Part shown: piece after piece, positions 48,695 to 59,629 of the stretch
How the letters are laid out: every line of letters starts with the position of its first letter
Position numbering within the stretch: position 1 is the stretch's first letter
DNA from: Gemmatimonadota bacterium
Lineage (GTDB): Bacteria; Gemmatimonadota; Gemmatimonadetes; Gemmatimonadales; GWC2-71-9
Direction of reading: 5' to 3'
Length of the DNA: 64,000 bases
Assembly (NCBI GenBank): GCA_036679645.1
Contig: JAZDCY010000068.1
Span: 17,715-81,714, forward strand
Made by a program: the position numbers and the translations under genes
The notes under the pieces: generated by a model
What the model saw: only the letters and a program-made list of their open reading frames with translations
Told to the model about the DNA's origin: nothing
The model's database searches: none

Positions 48695-50431
48695 TTAGTG
48701 CTCGATCCCCACGACCGCATAACTCCCGCGCTCCCCGTCCCACGCAAGGTAGACGTGGACCGGCCGACCCGCCGTGTCTGTCCGCTCCGCCGTAATCCGC
48801 AACGTGGCGATTGCGTTCTCGTGACCGACATCGCGAACACGTGCTAACGCGCGGTTCCCGTCCCCTCGATGCATCACCGCAATCGATTGATGATCAGTGT
48901 GGGTCGCGGAGCCCGTACCGCGCCACTCGATCCCCCGTGCCGCGTGCGAGAACTCCCAGCGGTACACCGTCTCCTCCGTCTCCCAAACGCGATGACGGAG
49001 GCCGAGATCCTCGAACGTGAGCACGAACTCCGCACCCTCCACCGATGCGGCGTCCACGTGCGCGTGTTCGATCGGCGTGACGAGCGAATACCAGTAGACC
49101 ACCGTGCGGTCCCGTCGGAACACAAGAATGCTCGCCAGCGTGTCGGCGGCATGCGTATCTGACAACATGCCTTCCCCGACCGCAGCGCGGATCTGTGCGT
49201 CCGTGAAAGCGGCGACCAGCTTAGCCCCCCAATAGCCATCGCGTGGCGTCACCTGTGAAAAGGCGGGATTGGCAACTCGTGGTTTCCACGCCTCTGGACG
49301 ATAGTCCTCCACCGGTATGGCACCGATTGAGGGGTGAATGAGCCCACGCCTCGTCGTCTCCCAGGGCATTCGGAAGAAGCCGAGGCTGAACAACCGCGCG
49401 AGCGTCGGCACGAGATCGAAGTTGTGCTCGCGACCCGCGCGAGGATCCTGCGGTCGCACCGTTCCACTGCCCAGGGTCTCGCCAAAATCGATCAAGTAAT
49501 GGCGGAGATAGCCGGGATCGAGATACGTGTCGACAGTGTTGGTAAAACGAATGTCAGCGTAGTTCAGCCAAGCCGCCAGCACCGACAGGCCGCGTAGTTC
49601 ACGCCTATGCTCATGATGGTAATAGTCGTTGGGATCATCGGACCGGCGTCCGCGGAACCGAAACGGCCCCTTGGGAACACCCGGGACAATCTTGCTGGCC
49701 ACGGCCAGGAAGCGTCCGTCGGGTAGCCGGTCGAGCCGCGCGAGAAACCGCTGCACGTCTACTGGCCGCGTCCATCCTCCACCGCCGTCCACAGCTGGGA
49801 TCCGCGCTCCCGGATCGAGAACCAGTTGGGAGCCGTCGAAGGCGACGATGTACTCCTCGGGTGTGTAATACCCTGCGGCATAGAGGAGTCGTGACGAGAT
49901 CACCTCCGCCGCCGTCGTCAGGTGGAGAAATCCGACCGGATCGAACTTGAATAGGTACGCATCTCCGCGGGCGTCGCGCACGAGAAAGCCCGGACTCCTC
50001 CCCTCGTTCTTCGGACCGATGATCGTGAATACGCCACGCGGGCCAGTGGCGGTCGGCCCGCGCGCCACATCTTCGGGCGTGAGCCGACCGCTGTCGATGC
50101 GATGCTCAAACCAGGCGGAACTCACGACGTCATCGAAATGCGTGAGGTTCACGGCTTCGCGATCGGGCGCCGCCCACCGCCGAATACTGAACAAGCGCGA
50201 CACTTCTCCCACGGCTGGGGCATCCAGCACGCGGGAGGCTTCGCTCGACGGTCGGTCACGGGGCTCGGCAATGGGGAGAGTATCAGCATACGGGATGGGC
50301 TCCGGGCGCAACGGTACCGCCGTGGGTCCACCGAAACACGCAAGGGACACCGATGGAACCATCCACACCACGCGGACTCGAGATCGCGCACGACATCGCG
50401 CGGAAACTCTGACTGCGAACGCCGCTTGCAT
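48695..50431 (-). CDS. exported protein with atypical (PI3K/HipA-like) kinase motifs
   Basis: Possible lipobox SLAC; EGRSPGF...YLFKFD, AAEVISSRL, WLNYADIRFTNT, YLIDFG. ATG 50431 is 12 nt after the upstream stop; start uncertain. Confidence 0.7.
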   Translation of the reverse strand: MQAAFAVRVSARCRARSRVRVVWMVPSVSLACFGGPTAVPLRPEPIPYADTLPIAEPRDRPSSEASRVLDAPAVGEVSRLFSIRRWAAPDREAVNLTHFDDVVSSAWFEHRIDSGRLTPEDVARGPTATGPRGVFTIIGPKNEGRSPGFLVRDARGDAYLFKFDPVGFLHLTTAAEVISSRLLYAAGYYTPEEYIVAFDGSQLVLDPGARIPAVDGGGGWTRPVDVQRFLARLDRLPDGRFLAVASKIVPGVPKGPFRFRGRRSDDPNDYYHHEHRRELRGLSVLAAWLNYADIRFTNTVDTYLDPGYLRHYLIDFGETLGSGTVRPQDPRAGREHNFDLVPTLARLFSLGFFRMPWETTRRGLIHPSIGAIPVEDYRPEAWKPRVANPAFSQVTPRDGYWGAKLVAAFTDAQIRAAVGEGMLSDTHAADTLASILVFRRDRTVVYWYSLVTPIEHAHVDAASVEGAEFVLTFEDLGLRHRVWETEETVYRWEFSHAARGIEWRGTGSATHTDHQSIAVMHRGDGNRALARVRDVGHENAIATLRITAERTDTAGRPVHVYLAWDGERGSYAVVGIEH

Positions 50432-50442
50432 TCCCCCGCCCG

Positions 50443-51753
50443 CTAGAAGTGCCACTGGGTGGCGACCTCGATTTGCGCTCCCTCGTCGCTGAACGCGACA
50501 TACCACAGTCCGGACACCCCCGCATTGCGCACGAATCGCATCCCAAAACCGTACGAGGACCGGAGATCGGATGGCCCGAAGTCACCTATGCCGGAGGCAA
50601 CGCCCGCCTGGTCGAAGAGGAGGAACGTTTCAACACGGCTCCCTCCCCCAATGGCCTCCCAGATCTCGTATCGCCACTCCGTCATGAGGGACACGCCGAC
50701 GCGGTCACGGAAGCGGCCATCCTCGAAACCGCGCGGGCCGTTCCGGCGACCGCCGAACCGCGCAAGATCGTAGAAGGGAATGTCGCTCCCGCCATCGAGC
50801 ACGTTCGCTTCGATGCGACCCCGCACGGCAAGCGTCTGCCAAGGGCTTACGGGAAGGTAGCCGATGACCTGCCCGGTCACCCGGTGGAAGTCGGACTCCG
50901 TGTCGATGCCCCGAAAAATCTCGGTGCCGACACTCAACCGCACTCCTCGCACGTGGAAACCGCTGCCGCGGATTGCGTCGTACGCGGATGACACGCGGAG
51001 TCGCACGAACGTCGTCCGCTCCTCCGCGCCAAAGGGCGGGCGCTCGAAGCGGGTGTACGTGTCTTGGAGATCGGGAAGCGAGCCGTCGGTACCCCGCTCC
51101 ACTACGTTATGCTCGACACCAAGATCAGCGGAGCCGACGAAGGGCCCCAGACGGATCCAGCCACGAGCGCCGGCCTCCCACTTGTCGCGCCGGAAATCCG
51201 ACCGGTCCACCTCGCGGCTCTGGCCGCCGATGCCCCAGAAATTTTCCTGCGCATCTCGTCGAAAACCGACGGCCAGTTGAAGAGCGCCCGGTCCGCCCGC
51301 CGAGTCACCGAACGCGACCCCTAGCCTGTGCCGTTGCGATCCAACAATGGAGATACCGGCCTCGGCAAAAAACGGGCGGAACCGACTGAGCTCAAACGCG
51401 AGCGCGGCACCGCTGCGCGGGCCAATCGACCGGATCCGCGGCGTGAGCCCCCACGCACGCATGCGCCGGATCCCCAGGACCGGGGCGGGCGGGTTCCTGA
51501 GGGTGGCGAGACCCGCCATTCCCGCCAGCGTCCGCGCCGCCAGCCTGACCGGAAACAACGTCATCCTGAACGGAAAGCCGATGACGTCAACTGCGTCCAC
51601 CGGCGGCTTCGAGGGGGGGCGCACGAACAACGCGCGCATCACCGCCGCGCTGTCCAGAGACAAAGTCCGCCGACCTGGGTCCTGCGCCATCGCCGGCGCG
51701 ACGCAGACCAGGCTGGTCAGCGCAAACGGTACCGCGAAGAGAGCCCTCGTCAT
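50443..51753 (-). CDS. Omp85 (BamA/TamA-like) outer-membrane beta-barrel protein
   Basis: Signal peptide; IPFYDL..FGG...RGFEDGRFRD lid motif, SSYGFGMR, C-terminal Phe; no obvious POTRA domains. Confidence 0.82.
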   Translation of the reverse strand: MTRALFAVPFALTSLVCVAPAMAQDPGRRTLSLDSAAVMRALFVRPPSKPPVDAVDVIGFPFRMTLFPVRLAARTLAGMAGLATLRNPPAPVLGIRRMRAWGLTPRIRSIGPRSGAALAFELSRFRPFFAEAGISIVGSQRHRLGVAFGDSAGGPGALQLAVGFRRDAQENFWGIGGQSREVDRSDFRRDKWEAGARGWIRLGPFVGSADLGVEHNVVERGTDGSLPDLQDTYTRFERPPFGAEERTTFVRLRVSSAYDAIRGSGFHVRGVRLSVGTEIFRGIDTESDFHRVTGQVIGYLPVSPWQTLAVRGRIEANVLDGGSDIPFYDLARFGGRRNGPRGFEDGRFRDRVGVSLMTEWRYEIWEAIGGGSRVETFLLFDQAGVASGIGDFGPSDLRSSYGFGMRFVRNAGVSGLWYVAFSDEGAQIEVATQWHF

Positions 51754-51791
51754 CTACGATGAGCCCTCGAGATCATGGGCTTTCTCTCCGG

Positions 51792-51828
51792 TGGGTCACC
51801 ACGATGGGACCTGGGTCACCACGATGGG
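51792..51828. repeat. 17-bp direct repeat with 20-bp period
   Basis: TGGGTCACCACGATGGG at 51792-51808 and 51812-51828. Confidence 0.85.
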
Positions 51829-51961
51829 GCCGCAGGTGCGGGAACACCCTGGAAACACGAGGTTGGCAAGAAAAGTTTCGCGCGGGGGGGGGGGCGCAGT
51901 GATGGAAGGCACGGCGGCCATGCGCCGCAACTGGAGGAAGAACGGGTAGACGGACCCCCCG

Positions 51962-52232
51962 CTAGAAGTTCACGCGGATGCCCGCGTTGATCGTGCGCCG
52001 CGTCCCGAAGAACTGTGGCCGGTCGAAGAACGTCGAGACGTCGTTCTCACCTACCGGGTTACCCTGCCGCGAGCGGCTCTGATCGATCGCGCCCGCGTCA
52101 CAGCGGCCCGTCGTCGTGAAGACCTGGTTGCAGTTCTTCGTATCCAGGAGGTTCACAACCCTGACGAACGCGCCGTAGCGCAGATTCGACATGTTGAAGT
52201 CCTTGCCGGCCAGCAGATCTACCTGGAACGAT
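51962..52232 (-). pseudogene. C-terminal remnant of a TonB-dependent-receptor-like outer-membrane protein
   Basis: FQVDLLAGKDF...FVRVVNLLD...FGTRRTINAGIRVNF*; in-frame stop just upstream and no room for the rest. Confidence 0.7.
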
Positions 52233-52395
52233 CGTCGTGAACGGCAAGATCACATTCGATGGGTTGCTCACGCCGCGCGTCGCGACGTTGCTGCGATGGG
52301 CAGCACGCGACGACGACCGGTCAATGTTGTTTGGGGTAGAACTTGCGGTGACCGTGGGTGCGGGACACGGCGGGACGGTGCACGAGCGTCGCTGA

Positions 52396-54693
52396 TCAGA
52401 ATCGGTGCGTGATACTCAACTTCGTGGACACGCCCCGCGAGATCGTTACGAAGTCGACCGGCGCCGCCGGATCATCCACATTCCGGTTCTGCCAGTTGTA
52501 CGAGTGCACTACGAAGAGATCGTTCCCGGGTGCGATGATCCACCGGAACCGCGTAAAGAGTCCCAGCAGTTGTGACTGATCGTCGTATTGGAGGTTGCCG
52601 GAGAACGACGCCGACGGGGTGAAGTGCCAACCTCCCTCGATCCGATACACGTTGGTCGTGAACGACTCCACCCCGGCTAGCTCGATCCGGTTCGCCTCCA
52701 CGTTCCCGCTCAGGCTGATACCGGGATACGGGCGGACAGTGAGGCCCCACTCGTATCGGTCGCGCGTCCCCGTCCAGAACTCCCCGCCCGACAGTTCCGC
52801 CCTGACGGAGACGACGCGCCGGCTCGCAGTCCGCGCGGTCACCTGCCAGCGCCATGTGTTGTATCGGCCGGCGGGCACAATCGCTTCGAGGTTCTCGCTC
52901 AAGTCCGTCGCATCGTCAATATCGAGCCGCTCAAAGAGCTGTGTGAACTCTACCTCCACGAAATCGCCGCTGTTGAAACGGATGCCTAAGGGTCGAATGT
53001 CGGTCTTCCGCGTCTCGAGTTTCCAATCCATGTCCATCAGGTGCTCATACCGGACCTGGAAATCGAACTGCCGTATGCCAAGGAAGTTGCGCGGCCGCGG
53101 CGCGAACCTGACCGTCGGCTGGAGACGCCTGAACCCGTTGCGCCGCGTGAAACCGACAGCTGGGTCAAAATCGCCCCCCAGTTCGCGATACGACGTGCTG
53201 ATCCGCCACACATCGTTAGGGTAGTTCAGACGAAGACCGCGGGCCGTGCGACCCCAGAAATCCGAGACCTCGTCTGACGCGTTCCTCGTGTTGTGAACGA
53301 CGAACGCCTCGAACTGCAGGTTCTTGTCGCTCAGAAACGACGAGGTGTAGAGATCTAGATCCCATCCGATCGTATGCCGATCTGGTGGCGCGAAGTCGCT
53401 GACGTCCGGTGCGCTGGCGCGCCGCGTGTAGATCAATCCAACAGATGACTGGCTGAACAACGTGCGCTTCACGCGCGCCGCGGTGAAGTCCTCCGACGGG
53501 ATGAACGTGGTGTCGGCGTAATCCGAACTGATCGCCGTGTGGATACCCGAATGTACCTGCAGGACCCCCAACTCATAGCGGCCGACCTGTCCACCCAACC
53601 GTAGCCCGTAGCGAATGGGCACCGCCTCGCCCTCGGCCAATCCGATGTTCCGGCTGAAGAACGGTGTGACACCATTACTCGGTGCAAACGAGAAGACACC
53701 CGACCCTTCGAGAAAGAAATCTCGCTGCTCGGGAAATCTGAGCGGGAAGCGGGTGAGATTTACGCGGCGCTGATCAACCTCCACCTCCGCGAAATCCGTA
53801 TTCACGGTTACTGCAGCGCGCATGCTGGGGGTCACGCTATACGAGACATCGAACCCTGCATCGAATGGAAAGTCAGTCTTGTCGATACTCGCGAGCGCAG
53901 GATCATCGATGGGCGTATTGCGCCAGCCCGTGACGGCATACGGAACGACCTCGAGGCCCAGCCCCTGCGACATTCCCTGCAGACCCGAGAGGACACCCGC
54001 GAATACCGGACGAGTGAGTTGTTGATTCTGGCGATATCCCGTCCAGAGAGTTTCCTCGTTCTTCCGCCGGATGGTTCGCTGAAAGTTGATGCCCCACGCG
54101 GCCTGGTTGGGGTTGAAGTTGAGCGTGCGAAACGGAATGCGGATCTCCGCCGACCACCCGTCTGCGCGACGCATCACGCGCGCATCCCAAATCCCATCCC
54201 ACGCTCGGTTCGTGCCAAACCCGCGGAAGCCGCCGCCACCGGTCGATCCGAGGAGGGCGTCGCCCCGCAGACCCGCAGGATTGATCTCGAAGAAGTACCC
54301 GGTACGGCCATCCAGAAACGTGTCCAGGATGAACATGAACCGGTCGTCGGTGATCAGGTACGCGTCGCGTTCCTTCTGATAAGCGAGGATCTTGTCCGGC
54401 TCCGAATCGTACATTATGGCGCCGATGTACAGATCGCTCTCGGTGTAGACGACGTACACCTCGGTCTGTTCCGTCGGTTCGGCACCCTCGACGGGGTCCC
54501 GCTGTACGAATCCCGTAGCTGCGACGCCCCTGGTCCAGGCCCTCTCCGTTACGTCCCCGTCCAGACGGATCGATTCGTCGGCGTCGAGCCGATGAGCGGT
54601 CATGGTGCGACGCTCGTGGCCGTTCGTGGACTGCGCGTGAACGGGGGAGCGCAGCCCCAGGATCAGCATCATGAAGATCAGGCGCCGGATCAT
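52396..54693 (-). CDS. DUF5916 / CBM9-like domain outer-membrane protein
   Basis: I.LDG...E..W, ILDTF.D.R.GY.F.INP.G, GWSAEIRIPF.TL, NTDFAEVEVD...NLTRF.L.FPE.R.FFLEG; C-terminal Phe. Confidence 0.85.
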   Translation of the reverse strand: MIRRLIFMMLILGLRSPVHAQSTNGHERRTMTAHRLDADESIRLDGDVTERAWTRGVAATGFVQRDPVEGAEPTEQTEVYVVYTESDLYIGAIMYDSEPDKILAYQKERDAYLITDDRFMFILDTFLDGRTGYFFEINPAGLRGDALLGSTGGGGFRGFGTNRAWDGIWDARVMRRADGWSAEIRIPFRTLNFNPNQAAWGINFQRTIRRKNEETLWTGYRQNQQLTRPVFAGVLSGLQGMSQGLGLEVVPYAVTGWRNTPIDDPALASIDKTDFPFDAGFDVSYSVTPSMRAAVTVNTDFAEVEVDQRRVNLTRFPLRFPEQRDFFLEGSGVFSFAPSNGVTPFFSRNIGLAEGEAVPIRYGLRLGGQVGRYELGVLQVHSGIHTAISSDYADTTFIPSEDFTAARVKRTLFSQSSVGLIYTRRASAPDVSDFAPPDRHTIGWDLDLYTSSFLSDKNLQFEAFVVHNTRNASDEVSDFWGRTARGLRLNYPNDVWRISTSYRELGGDFDPAVGFTRRNGFRRLQPTVRFAPRPRNFLGIRQFDFQVRYEHLMDMDWKLETRKTDIRPLGIRFNSGDFVEVEFTQLFERLDIDDATDLSENLEAIVPAGRYNTWRWQVTARTASRRVVSVRAELSGGEFWTGTRDRYEWGLTVRPYPGISLSGNVEANRIELAGVESFTTNVYRIEGGWHFTPSASFSGNLQYDDQSQLLGLFTRFRWIIAPGNDLFVVHSYNWQNRNVDDPAAPVDFVTISRGVSTKLSITHRF

Positions 54694-54852
54694 GCGATCG
54701 GCGCGTATGGTCAGTTTCAGGTAACGCACGTCACCCTGGATAGCTGGTTGTGATCTGGAGGCACCGACGGCGCCGCTCCACGGCCTCGCCTCAGAGTACG
54801 CAGAGTGCCGGTGCGGCGTTGGGAAGATAACTACGGAATTGATCCGACGGAC

Positions 54853-57800
54853 CTACCGGGGCGTCGCGCGCTCCTCCGTGAGTCGCGCCAGGGCGCCGCG
54901 GGCGGCGTCCACCCAGGACTGCAGTTCGGGATCGGCGTCGTCCCACAGCGTCACGAGGCGATTGTAGTACTCGATTGCCTTATCGGTCTGGCCCCGGTGT
55001 TCGTAGGCCTCTCCCAGGCGTTCGTAGCTCAGCGCCAGGTGCCCGCCATCGTACCAGAGATCGGCCGACGGCATGTCGACGAACCGCTCGTAGAGGACGC
55101 GCACCGAGTCCTCTTCCCCGAGCCGGTCGTACGCACGTGCCAGCCACGGATAGGCACATGTGGCGCACTCGTTCCCATCGTCGAACTGCCGAAACGCCAC
55201 AACGGCGTCCTGGTTGCGACCCTCATCGAGCGCAATCACGCCCCGAGCCCCAGCGACCCATAGCTCGGCATTTGCACTGTGATCGGCCTCGTCGTTCGCC
55301 GCAAAATCGGCAAGCAGCGCGGCGGCGCGGTCCGGCCGCCCAGCCGCAGCGTACGCGAACGCCAGACGGCTGTACGGGCGGTCGAGCGCGGGCATATCCT
55401 CGAGCGGATGCTGCGCCAACGCGTCGTCCAGAAGCTGGACCGCGCGGTCAGGGTCATCGAGCAACAGGCGTTCGACGATGGCGCGACGGGCCATGCGCAT
55501 CAGATACGCGCCATACACCCCCCGCTCGCTGCTGATATCGAAGGCGCGCTGCCAATGTCGCCGTGCGGCCACGAGTTTCCCTTGGAGCGCGTCCAGGTGT
55601 CCCCACCATTCGTAGGCGATCGCCTCCCAGAACACCGTGCCGCGTTGATCGCCGAGCAGACCCTCGACCAACGCCTGCGCACTGTCGAAGTTCTTCTCGT
55701 ACGCCGCGTTCAGCACATACGCCAGCTTGACTTCGGGGTTCGTCGGGAAGCGCTCCTCGAACAGCTCGGCGATCACCCGCGCCGTGTCCCACTGTTTCTG
55801 CCGAGCGAGGGAGCCCGACAGATTGCTGTAGTGCAACCGCAATGTGGGATCGACGGCGAGCGCCTGCCCGTAGAGACCCGCGGCGCGGCTGAAATCCCGG
55901 AGTTGTCCGTAGATGACGCCGAGGTTGTTCAGGGCGTAGGTGTCATCGGGGTACAGATCCAGTACGGTGCGGTACGCGCTGATTTGCTGGTCCCGGTTTC
56001 CGGTGACCACCGTGTGGTACGCCGCCGTGACGATGTAGCGCTCGCGCTCCGTCAGCCGATCGCGGAACTCGTACGCCCGCGTCGCTGCTTCGACGGCACG
56101 GGCGCGCTGTTCGCCCTCATTGCTGAGAATGATCGCCATCTTGCGGTACGCCATGGCGAACATGGAATCCTCGGCGATCGCCTCCTCGAGGAGCTGTAGC
56201 GCGCGCGTCTGGTCACCCTGGTTCCATGCGTCGAGCCCCTGTGTGAAAACGCGCATGGCGCGCATCGAGCCAGTCGTCACGCGCTCGAGCGGCTGGCCCT
56301 GCCGAATGTGTTTGAGCGACTCCCCAAACCGCTCGCGCATCCGCACCGATATCCTATCGACCCCGGCCACGAGATCGTCCGCGGACGCTGCCTGTTCCGT
56401 CTCCGCCAGGAGCACCTCGCCATCAGTAGAAACGAGTCTAGCGGAGATCATGAGGCCACTGCCGACGGTGGTAATCTCGCCGGAGATGATTCCCTTCAGA
56501 CCGTCTCGTTCGGCAGCGGCCAGTGCGATCTCGGGTGTGATGCCACCTGACACATCCTGCCGCATCAGGGCGAGTGTGCGGTCCAACTGGAGCGGGTCCA
56601 TCGTCGAGATGGCGGTGGACCGCGAGAGTCCGATGCGCATCAGCTCGGTGACCGTCGTGCCGTTCGTCGAGTCACCGGTCCGATTCTCGAAGTCCGCGAG
56701 GATGAGCCGCTCGCGCTCGCCCATCTCCCCGGACGACACCAACGTCGCCGCAGGTCCAATACCCAGCGCGCGTGTGACCGCAAAGCCAGTCGTTCCTAGC
56801 GCAAGCGCGCCAAAGGCCACGCCACCACCTACCAGCGTGCGACGCCACGTCAACAACCCGCCGCGCGCGGTCCCGTCGGCGCGGGCGCGCTCGGCAATCC
56901 CCGTCGCCACGGTCATGGGCAACCCGAGCAGGAGCAGGGCGACGGTGCCGCCAAGCACCCACATGGGCAGACCAACCTGCGTCACGAGCAGATACACCGC
57001 CCCGAGCACCATGAGACCCACCACGCCAAAGGCGCCCGCCGCCAGTGCGGGACTCACCGCAACGCCGCTCGCGGGTGCCGCTGCCGTTACGGGGACCACC
57101 GGACGTAACGCTTCCGCAAACTGTGCCGCGGGGCTGAACCGGTCGGCCGGTGTCTTTGAGAGCACGCGCATGAGCGCCGCGGCGACCTCCGCCGGCACCG
57201 CGGGCCGGATCGTCGTGATGTTCGGTGGGTCGGCGGTGAGATGTTGATGGACCATGCTCTCAAGCGAGCCGGTAAAGGGCGTCTGGCCCGCCAGCATCTC
57301 GAACAGGACGCAGCCCAGGCTGTACAGATCACTCCGTCCGTCCAGTTCCATGCTACCCGCGGCCTGTTCGGGACTCATGTAGAGCGGCGTACCGATCGAC
57401 ATCCCCGTCTGCGTGAGTCGCTCGCCACCGGCAGCCGAGATGGCACGCGCAATCCCGAAATCCGCTACGCGCGCATGCCCGCCAGCCAGCATGATGTTTT
57501 CCGGCTTGATGTCGCGATGGACGACATCGCGGCTGTGCGCGTACGAGAGCGCGTCCGCCACCTCGCGCGCAATCTGCAGCGCGTCCTCCAACGGCAACTG
57601 CCGTTCCCGATCCAGCCGGTCACGCAACGACTCGCCCTCGACGTACGGCATGACGTAGTAGAGAAAGCCATCGGCGTCGCCGGAATCGTACAGCGGCAGG
57701 ATATGCGGGTGATCGAGGCGTGCCGCGATCTCGATCTCGCGCAGGAACCGCTCGGGCCCCAGGGCGGCAGCCAGCTCCGACTTCAGGACCTTGACTGCCA

Positions 57801-57924
57801 CGTTGCGGCGGTGCTTCACATCCTCAGCCAGGTAGACCGTGGCCATGCCACCATGGCCTAGCTCCCGGATCACCGTGTAGCGCTCGGCGAGCGCCGCGGT
57901 AAGGCGATCGAGGTCTTCTGACAT
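54853..57924 (-). CDS. membrane-anchored Ser/Thr protein kinase with TPR domain
   Basis: GHGGMATV, VAVK, HRDIKPEN, DFG, GTPLYMSPE; about three TM segments; TPR-like C-terminus. Confidence 0.95.
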   Translation of the reverse strand: MSEDLDRLTAALAERYTVIRELGHGGMATVYLAEDVKHRRNVAVKVLKSELAAALGPERFLREIEIAARLDHPHILPLYDSGDADGFLYYVMPYVEGESLRDRLDRERQLPLEDALQIAREVADALSYAHSRDVVHRDIKPENIMLAGGHARVADFGIARAISAAGGERLTQTGMSIGTPLYMSPEQAAGSMELDGRSDLYSLGCVLFEMLAGQTPFTGSLESMVHQHLTADPPNITTIRPAVPAEVAAALMRVLSKTPADRFSPAAQFAEALRPVVPVTAAAPASGVAVSPALAAGAFGVVGLMVLGAVYLLVTQVGLPMWVLGGTVALLLLGLPMTVATGIAERARADGTARGGLLTWRRTLVGGGVAFGALALGTTGFAVTRALGIGPAATLVSSGEMGERERLILADFENRTGDSTNGTTVTELMRIGLSRSTAISTMDPLQLDRTLALMRQDVSGGITPEIALAAAERDGLKGIISGEITTVGSGLMISARLVSTDGEVLLAETEQAASADDLVAGVDRISVRMRERFGESLKHIRQGQPLERVTTGSMRAMRVFTQGLDAWNQGDQTRALQLLEEAIAEDSMFAMAYRKMAIILSNEGEQRARAVEAATRAYEFRDRLTERERYIVTAAYHTVVTGNRDQQISAYRTVLDLYPDDTYALNNLGVIYGQLRDFSRAAGLYGQALAVDPTLRLHYSNLSGSLARQKQWDTARVIAELFEERFPTNPEVKLAYVLNAAYEKNFDSAQALVEGLLGDQRGTVFWEAIAYEWWGHLDALQGKLVAARRHWQRAFDISSERGVYGAYLMRMARRAIVERLLLDDPDRAVQLLDDALAQHPLEDMPALDRPYSRLAFAYAAAGRPDRAAALLADFAANDEADHSANAELWVAGARGVIALDEGRNQDAVVAFRQFDDGNECATCAYPWLARAYDRLGEEDSVRVLYERFVDMPSADLWYDGGHLALSYERLGEAYEHRGQTDKAIEYYNRLVTLWDDADPELQSWVDAARGALARLTEERATPR

Positions 57925-57980
57925 CTGGTTTCTCCCGGGGTTCCCAGCCAAGTCAATCTACGGCATCGGTGGGGCGCCGA

Positions 57981-59508
57981 CTAGAGAACGCCCTCGGCGA
58001 AATCGCTCAGCATCTGCGTAGCGGCGTTTCTCCCAGCGAGCCCCGTCACCCCACCCCCGCCGTGGGTCCCCGACCCGCAGAGATAGAGACCACGGATGGG
58101 CATCCGGTACCCATACCAGCCCGGTACCGGACGCATGTAGAGCACCTGATCGAGGGCCAGCTCCGCGTGATAGAGGCAGCCTTGGGTAGCCCCGAATCGG
58201 CGTTCCAGATCCGCCGGTGTACTGAGGTCGTAGTGTAATACCCGTGACGTAAACCCGGGGCTATCGCGCTCGATGGTGGCGGCGATCGCGTCCCACAGCC
58301 GGGCACAGTGTTGATCCCATGTCCCGTCACGCAGCGCGTGAGGTACGAACTGCACCCAGAGCAACATGACGTGATTTCCCGCGGGAGCGAGCGTGTCGTC
58401 GTCCGCGCTCGGCAAGTACGCGTCGATACTCAACTCTTCGGGCATCCGGCCGTACTTGTTCGCGTCGAACGACCGCTCGAGCACGTCGAGCGATGCGCCA
58501 AAGATCACGCGACTCGGTGTGTCCGACGTGCCCGGAAACTCCGGGAGAGCGTCGAGCGCCACGCGCGCCACGGCCACCGTGCCGCGGCCCCGGATCCCTC
58601 GTACGGCTCTCACGAACTCCGGATCGAGCCAGCCCGGCTCAGGTAACGTCAACAGCGATCGCCGCGGGTCCAGGCTCGACGCGATCACTTTCGCGTCGAT
58701 CTCCTCGTCGTCGTTCACCACCACACCTCGCACCCCGTATCTATCCACGAGGACGCGTGTGACCAGCGCTCCAGTGCGGACCGTTGCGCCAGACGCCGAC
58801 GCGGCGGCGGCCAGGGCGGATGTCAACGACCCCGGTCCTCCCACGGCCGTGACCGGCGGCGCGAGCAACCCGCGACGCCAGGCCGGTCGGTGGTGCGCTA
58901 ACCCAAACGCCGACCCCGGCGAGCGCGGGCCCAGCCACGCGGCCCGCAACGCCTCTGTCGCAAGCGCGGCCTTGAGCGTATCGCCCTTCAGACGCTCGTC
59001 GAGCACGTCGGCCACGTTCATCGGCAGAAAACGCAGGGCCTCGTGCACGTCGTCGGCACCCATACGCCGCAGCCGCCATCCCAGCCGGAACAGATCCACC
59101 GCGTCGCCGAGACCACGTGGCTCGGCCGCCGGCAACGGTGCGGTGAGAACGGGCTCGATGGCCGCGCCGAGCCTGCCGAGAAAGGCGTCCAATGCCGACA
59201 GCGCCGGCCCACACCGAAAGGCCCGTGCCGTTCGCATCGGGCACCCAGACGGGCCGTGACGATGTGACCAGGCGCAGTCCATGCGCGGCGAGCTTCAAGT
59301 CACGGGTGATCGACGGGTGGAACGACTCGAGGGTCGGGAAACACGCCGGCGCACGGAAGCCGCGTGTAAGCACATCGGTAGCAACCGTCCCACCAATCGA
59401 AGGCGCTTGTTCGAGCACGAGCACCGATTTTCCCGCGCGCGCCAGATAGGCAGCGGCAACCAGACCGTTGTGACCCGCCCCAATAACGACCGCGTCGTAG
59501 CCCTTCAA
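57981..59508 (-). pseudogene. phytoene-dehydrogenase-like FAD oxidoreductase, frameshifted near 59210
   Basis: N-terminus YDAVVIGAGHNGL...LSVWAG in one frame; PALSALDAFL...GLYLCGSGTHGGGGVTG..GRNAA in another. Roughly 20 residues are missing at the junction relative to the adjacent paralog. Confidence 0.75.
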
Positions 59509-59531
59509 GAGACGCCTGCGGCACTGGCAAT

Positions 59532-59566
59532 CGATCTGCAATCTGCACTCTGCATTCTGCAATCTG
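59532..59566. repeat. heptamer tandem array B, five units
   Basis: CGATCTG CAATCTG CACTCTG CATTCTG CAATCTG. Confidence 0.8.
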
Positions 59567-59629
59567 CGATCAACTCACACTGCCTCGTACTCTCACCGGA
59601 CATCTTCACCTCACGCTCGACTCGATTCT

